Source: the human T2T-CHM13v2.0 reference genome, Homo sapiens. From it: DNA of 64,000 nt. Shown piece after piece: positions 1 through 13,509 of the stretch; the first letter of the stretch is position 1, and each line of letters starts with the position of its first letter. A program made the translations under genes and the position numbers. A model generated the notes under the pieces. It was not told the origin of the DNA and did not search any database. It was given only the letters and a program-made list of their open reading frames with translations. The stretch is from NCBI RefSeq assembly GCF_009914755.1, contig NC_060942.1. The stretch is one strand, 5' to 3'.

Positions 1-458
1 ATAAAAGGCAAGCCTTGTCCAATTTAAATTTGCATTGTTTCAAAGTCCAGGCAATTTATTCGTTAAAATTCTATTAGTTTTCTCAACTGCTCCCACATTG
101 TTAGGTGAGGAAAACATTCCAGAGATTGTCATACATTTTACAAATTTGTTTCACTACCTAAATAGTGAAATGTTATGTTTAGACATTGATGATAATGTCA
201 CAGAGAATCAAAAGTATCTCATTAATTTCAATTTAATTATCTTGAATGAAGAGATAGGCTTCTATATAACTTGAAATTATCCTACGATATTCATGCACAT
301 TTACATTGGAAGTTGAAACAGATCTATTACTGAGCAAGGAAAATTCCTAAAAGTTTAGGAGGGAGAATTTTGAAGGTCAATACTTTTAGATCATTTTCTA
401 GTTTCCAAAAGGATCATCTCTTAAAAGATATTTTAATATATTTTGCAGCATTTCCTAT

Positions 459-467
<9 letters not shown>

Positions 468-520
<53 letters not shown>
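468..520. repeat. (TA)n microsatellite
   Basis: Uninterrupted AT dinucleotide run of about 26 units; it explains the YIYIYI ORF 370..561. Confidence 0.95.
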
Positions 521-528
<8 letters not shown>

Positions 529-2129
529 ATTGTGTTTAGGTGTCTCTCAATGTATTTATAACTAGTTTTCAGATATTTTAGCCACTACACAGACATTTCA
601 ATTTTTACAAAAATAAATGCAAATCTAGCAACTATTGATATAGAAAATTTATGGATATAGTCACTTTTACATCAGTAAGACTCATCATGCTCCTCTAATT
701 CATCTTCTTCTAACTCATCTCTGACACTATTGATCAATTAATCCAGGAGAGGAACATAGAGTCATTTATTTGGGTGAATAGTTCATAGATACAATAAAGG
801 AAAGTATGTAGTTTCGTAAATTCTATTTTTTTTTAAAGAACCGGACAAAGGATCATTAATTTATTTGTAACTGGGTGATATTTCATCTAAGCAATTTTTG
901 GACATTTTAGGTTAACAATTTTTTTTTCTTTTTGGGTGTGACAACATCAAGAATTTTCACATTATTTACAGAATTAGCAACTGTTTTCAGGTATGAAAAC
1001 AGTATCTAACTATTTCATGTGATCTCATGGAAGATGACATCATCTCTAGGGAGTCGTTGTCATTTTCAATTCCAGGAAGGGCTGGCATGCTGCCCAAGGT
1101 AAAAGGCAAAATACCATAGTCTTATCCTTAAAGCTATGGGGCAGAGCTTGACTGTTCCAATGTGGGCTTTTCCTTTTAAGCAAACTTTCACCTGAGCTTG
1201 GTAGTACTCCTCCCTTTCGAGGGCATATCTTTTACATTCTAGGCTCTCTACAATTATCTATTTCTCTAATTGCCTCTTTCACTTGTGTTTTCTCCAATTT
1301 CTGATTCCCTTTGCAGCTTGTCTGGATTTAGACTATGCATGAGCAGGAACAATAGATTCACCCCATCTGCTGGGATTCAGGCACTTCACTTTTTTTGTTG
1401 TACCTTCTGGGAACCTTACTATCTTTTGCATCTCACCCAGATTCCTGAAATCTTGTTGAATGCATTTGTAAAAATTATTTTTCTGCTAACCGTGACTATT
1501 ACAAGCCTACGTTATCAGGACAATAAGAGTAGTATGCTACCCTTGACACCTGCTCCTGTCTCAGCTCAGAAACCACAGAGGACATGGCCACAAGCAAAAT
1601 ATCAAACTGACTGAAACTATTCATATTTTTCCTGTAAGTCTTAACCTTTTAGTTAAATTACCACAAGTATTTTAAAATTTTTATATTAAAAATCAAAGAT
1701 CAGTCTGAAAATAATAACATTTTTCTTTTAATTTCTCATGTATGTTTAATTCAGAGTTACCTACTTTACATAGTCTAAGTATGACCGAAATTTATGGATT
1801 TTTTTATTTACCTGCTAAGAAATTACTTTGTTTACCTCTAACCAAAGGAAATATTAGGTCTCAACCTAATACACTTCCTTTTCAGGCAGAGAGCTATTAT
1901 CTTAAGCAGAGAAACATTCTGGGTCACTATTTTTTTAATTATTTGAACTGTATTCATTAGATGTAGTTTAAATAAATCATATTCAGATAAAAGGGGATAG
2001 TATAGGAGCCAGCATAAGTATTATATTTTAATATAGTTTAAAATATGGCTTCAGTTAATGTTACATACATATAAACTAGTGATATCATTATTATTATTAT
2101 AACTTGCTTTTTTTTAATAAGCTGCCAGC

Positions 2130-2412
2130 CCTGGAATCAGGATTCATCATCTTGTTTTGATATAATTAGATTTAATGAATAGTCTGTGCCATTCACCAGC
2201 TGCACACACCTAGGGGAGTCACTCAGCATTGTTGTGTTTTGTTTAATGATCCACAAAATGGATAAAACAGCAGTACTCCATTGACAAGGTTGCTCCAAGG
2301 ACAAAATATTAGTAAACATATGCAAAGATCTCAGAAGAGTTCTTATCACTCAGCATGTGCCAAAGAAACCGTCATCACCATCATCGTCATCATCAACATC
2401 ATCATCATCATC
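2130..2412 (+). mobile_element. MIR SINE relic with (CAT)n tail
   Basis: Degenerate MIR-like sequence (tctgtgccattcaccagctg...gagtcactcagc...cacaaaatggataaaacagcagtac...gtaaacatatgcaaag) ending in a catcat repeat; boundaries approximate. Confidence 0.6.
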
Positions 2413-3175
2413 AATGCCTATGTGTTTCCAATCAGTTAATTTTTTTCATTGTAAGAAGATAGCATCTTTCTGAGTCCAAATTACTGCTGAGTTATTTTTT
2501 TTTGCTTTCTGAATTTAATTAATATATAAAAGACCTAAGTAACTTATGAGTCACAGCTTTAGTTTTCTTTTACTGCTTTTCAAACGATGAGGATCATAAA
2601 GTAAATATTTCCAATTACAGCAGCTCTTGCCCAGAAGATATCAAAACTGACATCATGTTTCTTTGCAACAGGTCTAATAAACTGAAGCTGATAAGGACCA
2701 CAGACTTTCAGTGACCTTGGGATGCCAGACTGTTACTGAGCTTAATGAAGGCACTTTCCTATCCAGTGAACAACAGGACTTATTTGTCCTGTGTACACAC
2801 TGGACTCATTCTGTCTTATCCCAAGTGCTATTATTCAATGCTTAATTAGCCTAGCCATCATGAATTTCTCCTTTCTAGTACTTAAAATCTCCTAAATTTC
2901 CCCTGTAGTAATTACTCAATTAATTCATTATCGTTCTTGTTTTCTTAAAGCTTTGATTTCAAAAAAAAAATTTTATTATTTGAAGATAAATTTTAAAAGT
3001 TGTCTGTAGACCATTACTTTTTTTTTTCTTTTTGATGGAGTCTTAAGCATGGTAAAGAAATTGCCTACCTTAGGGAATGGAATTTATAGCAGTAGAGTAT
3101 CAGGTATGATGGGGGCAACAACAAGGGGAAGTTTTAAATGGACTGAAATTTATCAAAATGTGCCTCAGAGTATAC

Positions 3176-3218
3176 TTTCTTTCTTTCTCTTTCTTTCTTT
3201 CTTTTCTTTCTTTCTTTT

Positions 3219-3269
<51 letters not shown>

Positions 3270-3361
3270 CTTTCTCTCTTTCTTTCTCCTTCCTTCCTTC
3301 CTTCTCTCTTTCTCTCTTTCTCTCTTTCTTGCCCGCCCGCCCGCCTTCCTGCCTTCCTTCC
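3176..3361. repeat. Compound polypyrimidine microsatellite (TTTC)n/(TTCC)n/(GCCC)n
   Basis: Directly visible; accounts for ORFs 3049..3390, 3100..3369 and 3158..3376. Confidence 0.95.
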
Positions 3362-4539
3362 GGCAACATAAAGTAAAAATTGTGCTATAATCAGTGGAAT
3401 CTAAATCAGGGACAGGAATGAGGATTGCTAATGTAAAAATACATTTTGTGAAAATACTTCATAGGTAGAAATATTTGTTCTTTTTAATAATTTGCCTAAT
3501 GTTAAAATTATTACCAATTAAATATAAGCCTTTGATATTCAAACAATATTTACACAAACTAATAAACAAAAAATATGCCAATATGACAAATAAGATATTT
3601 CAAATTGTTTAAACCTAATGGCAATGAAGCTCTTCATAAGTCCAGGTCTTCAGTTGTCATAAATATTAGAATATCTTAAATGTTTTAAATCTTTTTAAAT
3701 TTAGACACAAACACAATGATCATAACTAGCCTCCTCCCAAACCTAGCATTAATAACAAGGTCTGTTAAACACACTCATATTGAATGTCACCAACATGTTA
3801 TTACCATGATTTTCCCTTTTACTTTAATTATTTAGCTTTATTTGTTTATGTTCAGTTTCAATTTAGATCCCTACAGTTTTGTAAACATCAGCATCCATTC
3901 CATTTATTTTGTTTTATCAGAAGTCTTATGGATTCTTTATGTCCTGAATTGAAATGACTTTGTTCTTTTAAATAATTTATAATCTGTCTAGATTTACGGG
4001 AAATCACAAGCTTATGCTTTTGGGACAGCTCAGTAATAAGCTATTTTTCTAAATCTAATATCTAGTTAGAAGAATTATCCCTTTTAAACAGGTGTGAATT
4101 ATCTAACTGCCTAAATATATAATTGCACTGGTTAATCTTATTGTCTTTCTTTATATTGAATGTTATATGTCTTTATTTTATTTTTAGTCTATTTAACATG
4201 CATTAGCAGAATTATTACCCTGTATCAAGCAGATGGATAATGTGACTTTAAAAACTTTTCTTATACCACCGAAAGGATAACACTGACATGCTGATTACCA
4301 CTTCCTCTGCAAGCTGTCCCTTGAATGAGGAAATACATTTATCTAGTAGGGGACAAAGTATAAAGGAAAAATGAGGTGATGTTTATCTCTCCTGAAGTCA
4401 CTGTGAGGGCTAAATAGGAACAGCACAGTCTTCTGTCACTGAAATTTTCCTTATGCAATCAGGGTATCCTAATTGAACTGAAGATCTCATATCCATGGGT
4501 GCCATGACTTGGGTGTCCTAACAAAAACTCTTGGTTCCT

Positions 4540-4726
4540 AAGCATCCAATCCAGAGCGAATCTCCGCTTCCTTGACTCCTCCCCGCAAATCACCTAACAT
4601 AGGCCCAAGCAAGCTTCTCTAGTACCATCTCAGGCAGTCTCTTTTGCTGCAGCAAGAAGTAAACCCAATTTCATTCAGTTTTTTTCAGACATTTTTGTCT
4701 ATGATGGTCTTTGACGGCCATTGACA
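4540..4726 (+). mobile_element. Degraded ERV LTR 3' portion (MER67/MER31-like)
   Basis: Ends ...taaacccaatttcattcag...ggtctttgacggccattgaca, resembling recalled LTR 3' ends that finish in cattgaca. Family assignment uncertain. Confidence 0.35.
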
Positions 4727-4857
4727 GAATTCAATAGCTACTCCCAAATCTTAGCTTAGCTGGGTTGATCTTCTCAGTCCTGTAAATTGCTTAAGTGTCA
4801 GAGAATCACCTGCATGTGAAGAATTTAACAAGGTCAGTCCTGGATTGTAATCAGTAT

Positions 4858-5827
4858 TGAAGGGGTGGCCTGCCCCTCCACACCTGTGGGTGTTTCTCGT
4901 CGGGTGGAACAAGAGACTTGAGAAAAGAAAGAAACACAAAGACAAAGTGTAGAGAAAGAAAAGCGGGCCCAGGGGACCGGCGCTCAACATACAGAGGACC
5001 GCGCCGGCACCGGTCTCTGAGTTCCCTCAGTATTTATTGATCATTATCTCTACCATCTCTGAGAGGGGGATGTGGCAGGACAATAGAGTAATATTGGGGA
5101 GAGGGTCAGCAGGAAAATATATGAACAAATGTCTCTGCATCATAAACAAGGTAAAGAAAAAAGTGCTGTGCTTTTGAGGTGCATATACATAAACATCTCA
5201 GTGCCTTAAAGAGCAGTATTGCCTCCAGCATGTCTCACCTCCAGCCCTAAGGCGGTTTTCTCCTATCTCAGTAGATGGAATATACAATCGGGTTTTACAC
5301 CCAGACATTCCATTGCCCAGGGACAAGCAGGAGACAGATGTCTTCCTCTTATCTCAACTGCAAAGAGGCCTTCCTCTTTCACTAATCCTCCTCGGCACAG
5401 ACCCTTTACAGGTGTTGGGCTGGGGGACGGTAAGGTCTTTCCTTTCCCATGAGGCCATATTTCAGACTATCACATGGGGAGAAACCTTGGACAATACCTG
5501 GCTTTCCTAGGCAGAGGTCCCTGCGGCCTTCCGCTGTGTTTTGTGTCCCTGGGTACTTGAGAGTAGGGAGTGGTGATGACTTTTAACAAGCATGCTGCCT
5601 TCAAGCATTTGTTTAACAAAGCACATCCTGCATAGCCCTAAATCCATTAAGCCTTGAGTCCACACAGCACATGTTTTTGCGAGCACAGGGTTGGGGGTAG
5701 GGTTACAGATTAACAGCATCTCAAGGCAGAAGAATTTTTCTTAGTACAGAACAAAATGGAGTCTCTTATGTCTACTTCTTTCTACATAGACACAGTAACA
5801 GTCTGATCTCTCTTTCTTTTCCCCACA
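4858..5827 (-). mobile_element. HERV-K(HML-2) solo LTR, LTR5B-like, 970 bp
   Basis: Minus strand starts TGTGGGGAAAAGAAAGAGAGATCAGACTGTTACTGTGTC and ends GGAGGGGCAGGCCACCCCTTCA. PolyA signal at 5033-5038 (tttatt). 5-bp TSD AGTAT at 4853-4857 and 5828-5832. It carries ATGCAGAG (5133-5140, minus) rather than the LTR5_Hs ATGCAAAG. Confidence 0.93.
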
Positions 5828-6309
5828 AGTATTTCAATTCAGAGTTCTTTTGGATTCCTTCAGACTACTCTAGACTCACTTCAAGCAACTGTATCTCAAA
5901 GAAGGAACTGTTTTATATATTTTATTACTAAAACATACTATTTAACCCTCAAAATATTCTATCTAAATGTCTTTACTAACTTATCCAATTAGCCTGAAGT
6001 CACTTTTTTTTTTCAGGGAAAAAGATGCAGTAAGGTTTTGAAGACATATTTATAGTACATAAATTGTAACAGTGTTTACTTTAGACCATCTCCAAGGTTA
6101 GAGAAATGTGAACAGAACTGTCAGAAGAGTCCCACATGTTTATTTATTCTGACAAAAACATGGATGTGTATGGCCGTGGATCTTTTGTGGTGATCCTATA
6201 TACAACTGTAACAAATCATCCCAAAACATGATGAAAGTTAATCCTAGGCATTGTAATGTTCTTTTTCAGTCAATAGCTACCTTACTCATTTTTTTTGTTT
6301 GTTTAATTT

Positions 6310-6475
6310 AAGGTACACAGAAATTCTACAAGATGAGCCTTTTCACTCTTATAAAGTAAAATAACTGAGGTAGAGACATTAAGATACCAGCTAACACCCA
6401 ACAGCTTGCAACTAGGGGAACTGGGTTTCAAAATAAGATAACTCTATCGCCAAACATTGTACTTCATTTTCTAAT
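6310..6475 (-). mobile_element. MIR relic
   Basis: aaataactgaggtagagacattaag...cttgcaactaggggaactgggtttcaaaa resembles the antisense MIR core. Confidence 0.5.
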
Positions 6476-8857
6476 CATTTCTAAGTAAAGGATTCATAAG
6501 GACATTGTTAAGAAAAATAACCCTGCCTTTTAGAAAAAGTTTATATACAATAACACATGGACAAGTTATTACCATGAAATGAAGAACACACTTTGAAAAT
6601 GGGGTAATGGTGGGTAATTGTTAGATATTTTTTTCTATGTTGTTATGGATTATGCAAAAATAAGATAATGAGAATACATTAATACTTTAAAGATCATAAT
6701 TCATTAAAATACTAAAAGATATTCACTATATGTTCTTCAGTTATCAAATATTAAATTTAATATACCCCATCATTTCAGATCAAGGATGATGACAAATCAT
6801 TGCATAGTTGAACATAGATGCCGATGATTGTGGAACAATAGAGAACATAAGCCAGGTATCATGCAAGAAGCATAAAGAGTAGAAGGAAATCCTAGACCTA
6901 GTTCATTAATTTGGAAAATTAAAAAGGCATATGATAAAAAGAAATATATTACATCACCTGTATATTACCAGAGCTATGATTATCCAAAAGAAAAGGAAAA
7001 AACATCTACATTTATGAAAGCAGAAGCAGTACAAATAAATAAACATATATTTATTTATTTCTATTCTATAAACTGGATAATGTACGTAACTCTACCGTGT
7101 ATATTAGGGTAATTAAGCTCATGAAATCATTTAAATGAAAGTGGATTTTCAAATATTAGACTAGAAAAGAATTAAAAATGTGTACTTAGCCCTATAAGTT
7201 TTGAGTTCTAGTTGATGAGACAGAAATACTTTTAAAATTTATGAAGTATCCACATTAATATGAAGTAACATTTATTTTACCTTATTGGAATTCTAAACTT
7301 TCAGAGTCTTAAGCATGATTTTTCTTTTCTAATGCAATGAGCTCTTTTAATTACAATCATTGTTAAATAAGAATACTAATATATATGGCATTTCCCAAGG
7401 TTACTCTGCTTATAACTTTAAAATTTAGCTGTTGCCAAAAAAAAAAATTTCGGCTCAATTTAAATTTCTTTTGTGACAGCTTTTATCTGCTCACCACTGC
7501 TTTCTTATGGCAATCATAAATTCTCAATGCGAAGCAAAGCACTGTTCTGCTTTCCTCAAACAAAAGGGAAACTCATCATGTGTTTTATTTTAAGAAGAGC
7601 AACATACTTCTCAGGCATTTATTATCTATATGTCCTCAGGTTTTGTGACAAAAAAGCTATACACACAAACACATCCATGTATGTATAGAAATGTAATTGG
7701 AAACATATCAATTTTTTCTAGCCAGTAGATACACCTTCGGACGTCTTGAACTTAAAATGAAAAATTAAAGAAAAACTACATTGCAAACTCTCCATTGTCT
7801 CTGGGGTTCTTAGCTCATTTTCTCTGATAAAACCATGGGCATAGACAATTAAGAAATTAAGATGTGACCAATGATACAATAACATCCTGAAAATTGTACA
7901 GTAAGCCATCTGACCCTTAGAAACTTGTGTGCAAGTGTGTTTATCTTTGTAGATAGATCTTAATTAAATTACCTGGATCAAAGCTTAACGTATACTAAAT
8001 TGCCACTCATGAATTATTGTCACACATTCTTGAGACACGGCTTTACAAATTTATATCCTTAAAAACCTAGATTGGAGTGCCTTCTTCACACATCCATGTC
8101 TAATATGGATCATGTTGAGTATCTTTGGATATATTAATTTTGCAATTTAATTTCAGAAAAAAGTAGTATAACACTATTGTTTTGATTTATATTTTTCTAA
8201 TTGCAAAAGTTTTCTAATTTTCATGTATGTATTGGTAATTTGCATTCTATTCCTATAGAATTGTATATATTTTATTTTGTAATTTAGTATTGCTTCTTAA
8301 AAATAAATATTGACATTGTATATCATTTCGTTACATATATTGTATGTTTTCCTAATCCATCATGCATCACATACTTTGTTTTCCATATAAATTGTCATCT
8401 ATGTTTATTAACTAACTCATAAATACTCATATCTGTCACCATTTTTTAATGCTTTCTTGTGTTTTGTCATGTTTAGGAACACTTTCCCCACAATTCACAA
8501 TACTATCTGACAGGTGTTAGTATACCTGTCAGTGTTCTTGGTTGTAGATGACTGAAATCCATTCCAATTGACCTAAACCAGGTAATAGATTATATTGGAT
8601 AAATCATATAATTATTGGAAGGCTAAAGAAACAGGCTCAGAACAGGGCAGCCCCATGGAAACCAGGTTCCAGAATGGCAGTAAAATCCCCCCACAGGAAC
8701 AGTCTGATGAGATAGCGCTGCTGCCACCGTGGCACTTCCTCCCCTAGGGCCTGGGATATTTGATGGTTAATTTCTGTACCTCTGTGATGAATACATACTT
8801 GTTTGTTTCTTACTGTTTTTACTTCTTGCTTCTGTTTCAAATTTCTCCCCGAAGCCA

Positions 8858-9055
8858 TCTGTTTTAGTTTCCTCAGGCTGCCATAACAGATTAGCATAAA
8901 ACAAATGGCTAAAAGAACAGAAATGTGTTCTCCCCCAGTTCTAGAAGCCAGTTCAAACTCGGGTGTCGGCAGGATTGCATTTAATCCAGGATTCTAGGAG
9001 ACAATTCTTTCTTATCTCTTCCAGTTCCTGGTAGCTCCAGATGTTTCTTGGAGCT
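8858..9055. mobile_element. MaLR MLT1-type LTR fragment
   Basis: tgttttagtttcctcaggctgccataaca...aacagaaatgtgttctcccccagttctagaagcca is the typical MLT1 terminus. Confidence 0.6.
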
Positions 9056-9059
9056 ACAC

Positions 9060-9250
9060 TTGGCTATTTAAAGTTAATTTTAATGTTTAGTTAACTAAAC
9101 ATTAAAATAATTAAAAAGTCAGTCCCTCCATTGTGTTAGCTGTATTTGAAATACTCAAAGGCCCATGTGGCTACAGGCTACTATATTGGACTATGCAAGG
9201 GTAGAACACGTGTTATCACACAATGGTCTCTTGCACAGTATTGCTCTAGA
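9060..9250. mobile_element. hAT-Charlie MER3/MER33-like DNA transposon relic
   Basis: ...ttagctgtatttgaaatactcaaaggcccatgtggctacaggctactatattggactatgca...tagaaca...ttgctctag matches the recalled MER3-type pattern. Confidence 0.55.
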
Positions 9251-9755
9251 ATATTCCCTGGACAGAAAAGTTTTACCTGTGGGGCATTAAACAACAAAGA
9301 GCCTTACAATTGCCTCTGACTTGTATAGTAAAGCCAACAGTTGTTTGTTGTCATCGTCAGAAAAGTTGATTCCATATTTGAATATGGTTTCACTGCTTGT
9401 CATGCTTGGCCAATGCCACAAACCATGGATTAACTGATGGCCTTCTCCACTCTCATGGCTATTCACCCCCAACAATAGAACTTATTTCTTTCATGTTGCC
9501 TCATATGGCAGAATCCCCTTCTATTTTAAGGCTGAATAATATTTCATGGTCATATACATATATACACACACACAGTCATGCATTGCTTAACAGGGAAATG
9601 TACCTTAAGGCAATTTTATCATTGTTTGAACATCATGGAGTGTCCTTATCCAAACCTAGATGGTATTGAGTGGATGCTGTTATATATACAGCCATGCACT
9701 CTGTAGTTTGGGTACACAGTGCATGGCTGTATATATAACACTATCCATTCATCTT

Positions 9756-10360
9756 TCAGCAGGACTTTTTTTTGGTCACAACCCTGCTAACCAAAACAGG
9801 ATCTGGCCAGAGAGCATGAAGTGAAGAAACTGATAGGAAGTGGCAGATGTCAACAAAAGCAATCTCTAACTACTCATTGCAATTTAATTGTCATGGTGCT
9901 GGTGGTAGTGTCTTATGCTAATGAGCAATATGAGCAGCCTGGCAACACAACCCAGAAGTTACCACCTCTTTCCATGGCAACAACCTAAAAGTTACTGCCC
10001 CTGCCTTAGAAAGTTCTAAACAACCTGCCCCTCAATTTGCATTGGCTCACCCCTCAATTTGCATGCATTTGACCTGCCTTAGAAAGTTCTAAACAACCTG
10101 CCCCTCAATTTGCATTGGCTCACCCCTCAATTTGCATGCAATTGAATGTGGGTCTCGCTGAGTATAAATACCGTTGCCAAGAGACCATATGTTGCTGACT
10201 CTGATTGCACTGCCTATGATTTAGCCCTGCTCTGCAAGGAGCAGTACCATTCAATAAACGATTGCTAAGACTCCTAGCTCATCCTTGAATTTTTTCCGGG
10301 GTTAAGCAAGAAATCCTCCCTGGCTAAGCCCCAGTTTGGGGCCTTGCCTGTCCCACAGCA
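9756..10360 (+). mobile_element. ERV1 solo LTR, MER66-like (MER41 superfamily), extreme 5' end missing
   Basis: cagcaggact...ggtcacaaccctgctaaccaaaacaggatctgg; ccatggcaac/gaagttacc repeats; TATAAATA at 10163-10170; AATAAA at 10253-10258; 3' end ctaagccccagtttgggg...cagca. Confidence 0.7.
10000..10140. repeat. Perfect 68-bp direct duplication (period 73) inside the LTR
   Basis: 10000-10067 is identical to 10073-10140, separated by tttga. Confidence 0.95.
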
Positions 10361-10834
10361 GTGTAACGTACTACACACTTAGACAATATGACATAGACTG
10401 TATCTCCTAGGCTACAAATCTGTATAGCTTATTATTATACTGAATGCTATAGGCAATTGTAACACAATAGCATCCGTACATCTAAACATACCAAAACAAA
10501 GAAAAATTACACTAAAAACACAGTATCGTAATCTTATTGGACCACATTTATATATGTGGTTTTTTGTTGACTGATGCAATACACAGTGCATGGCTGTATA
10601 TGTAACACTATCAGTCACCATTCAATGAGCAATTAGGTCGTTTCTATACTTTATTGCTACTAACACTACAATGAAATACATATGGATAAACCTAGAGGGC
10701 ATTAAGCTAAGTAACTCTTACTTCTAAGATTTCTACCTTAAAGAGTCATATTTATGGCCTTTACTTGAGGTAAACTTCAGAAGCCATTTGTTGTGGATTA
10801 GGTAACGTGTGGAGAAATTGCTTTGTTGGGTTTT

Positions 10835-12270
<1,436 letters not shown>

Positions 12271-13419
12271 TACGATAACCAGCTAGATGCCTCATAGTGT
12301 TCTTCTTTAAGGCTCTGGCCCTCATTTTATAGATTCTTTCACATTATCTCTTTTTGGAAAATTAACTTTACTATTTTTTTGGAATGGAATGTTCCTTAGC
12401 TCAGTTTAATTATGCTGTGAATCTGACCTCCTTTGCTTTACATATTCCACAGATTCCTCACAGTCTGGGCCTGTCAATGACTCTGTTGACAGTTTTTCAA
12501 TATCTACATGCATGATTTGGTTGTTGCTTTACAATTCTTCTGTTAATTCTGTTAATTAAGACATTCTTTTTTTTCTTCAAAGAATAGAGAAAATGTGTCA
12601 TTTGGCTCCTGCCATTAAAGTAGAATTCCAAAAACAAGATAAAACAAAAAAGGTAGTTCTATTGGATATTTTTCTCTAGTGAATTCCATAAGTTAATACT
12701 AGAGTAAAAAATATAGAGTTTTTGTTTCAGTAACAGTGTCTTTCTATTTAACATCAACAAATCTATTTTAGGAAATAAATGTGATGTGATTGATTTTTTA
12801 AAATTTTCTGGAATCTCAGCACATTGTGAAGATTTAAAAGCTAATCTATGTTACTAAAGAAAAAAGCAGCTCAAGTCTCAAACACCATCAAATCAGTAAT
12901 ATGCATCAGCACAAAAGTAAATTTGGATGAGTTTTTAATCTTTTATTATTCTATCATGAAAGGAAATGACTGAAAATAATTTCAAATAAAAATAATTTAA
13001 ATATAAGCTATTAAATGTATTAATAATCCCAGAGGTGGAAAATAGTTGCCATCTTCCATAGTAAGAGCTGTGTTTCACATTGCAAATATTTCACCTCAAT
13101 TCACTCAAATTGTGTCTGCTTTAAAGTACCCACATTTTAGAGTGGAGAAGGAGAAATACTGGACAAACTGTAATGGGTTTGTTCTAAAGATACTTAATTT
13201 ATCTAATAAGAGAAGAGGCTGCAATGCTAATATACCCTCAATATATCCTCATTGGTTAATAGATGCTTGCAATTTACATACAGGCAAAAACAATGAAAAT
13301 GAAATTCCTATGAAATATACACTAAATACATTTTAGTAAGGTAAATTTGTAAGAAAACACGCAAACAAACTATAATACATAGTAATGTAATATATAATTT
13401 GTTTTCTTACAAGCTATTC

Positions 13420-13468
13420 TATCTATCATCTGTAGCTATCTATCTGTATCTATCTATCTATATCTATC

Positions 13469-13508
<40 letters not shown>
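13420..13508. repeat. (TATC)n-(TG)n microsatellite
   Basis: Directly visible. Confidence 0.9.

Positions 13509-13509
<1 letters not shown>

Larger units (their letters stand above)
9573..10596 (+). mobile_element. Tigger3a (MER7A)-like MITE, split by an LTR into 9573-9666 and 10361-10596
   Basis: Termini cagtcatgcattgcttaac (9573) and cagtgcatggctg|ta (10596). The internal sequence aaacctagatggtat...tactacacacttag...ctcctaggctacaaa rejoins across the insertion; the two halves total about 330 bp. Confidence 0.75.

Noticed and set aside
3049-3390. Low-complexity F/L/S- or K/E/R-rich ORFs (also 370..561, 16211..16632, 33634..33843, 42842..43159, 50237..50479)
   Set aside because: Microsatellite read-throughs lacking stop codons.
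4858-5827. Human-specific LTR5_Hs with OCT4 enhancer, or a provirus
   Set aside because: Termini and the ATGCAGAG variant fit older LTR5B; the TSD directly flanks a single LTR, with no PBS, gag, pol or env.
8507-8532. 9-bp inverted repeat ctgacaggt/acctgtcag
   Set aside because: Short enough to arise by chance in 64 kb; no function inferable.
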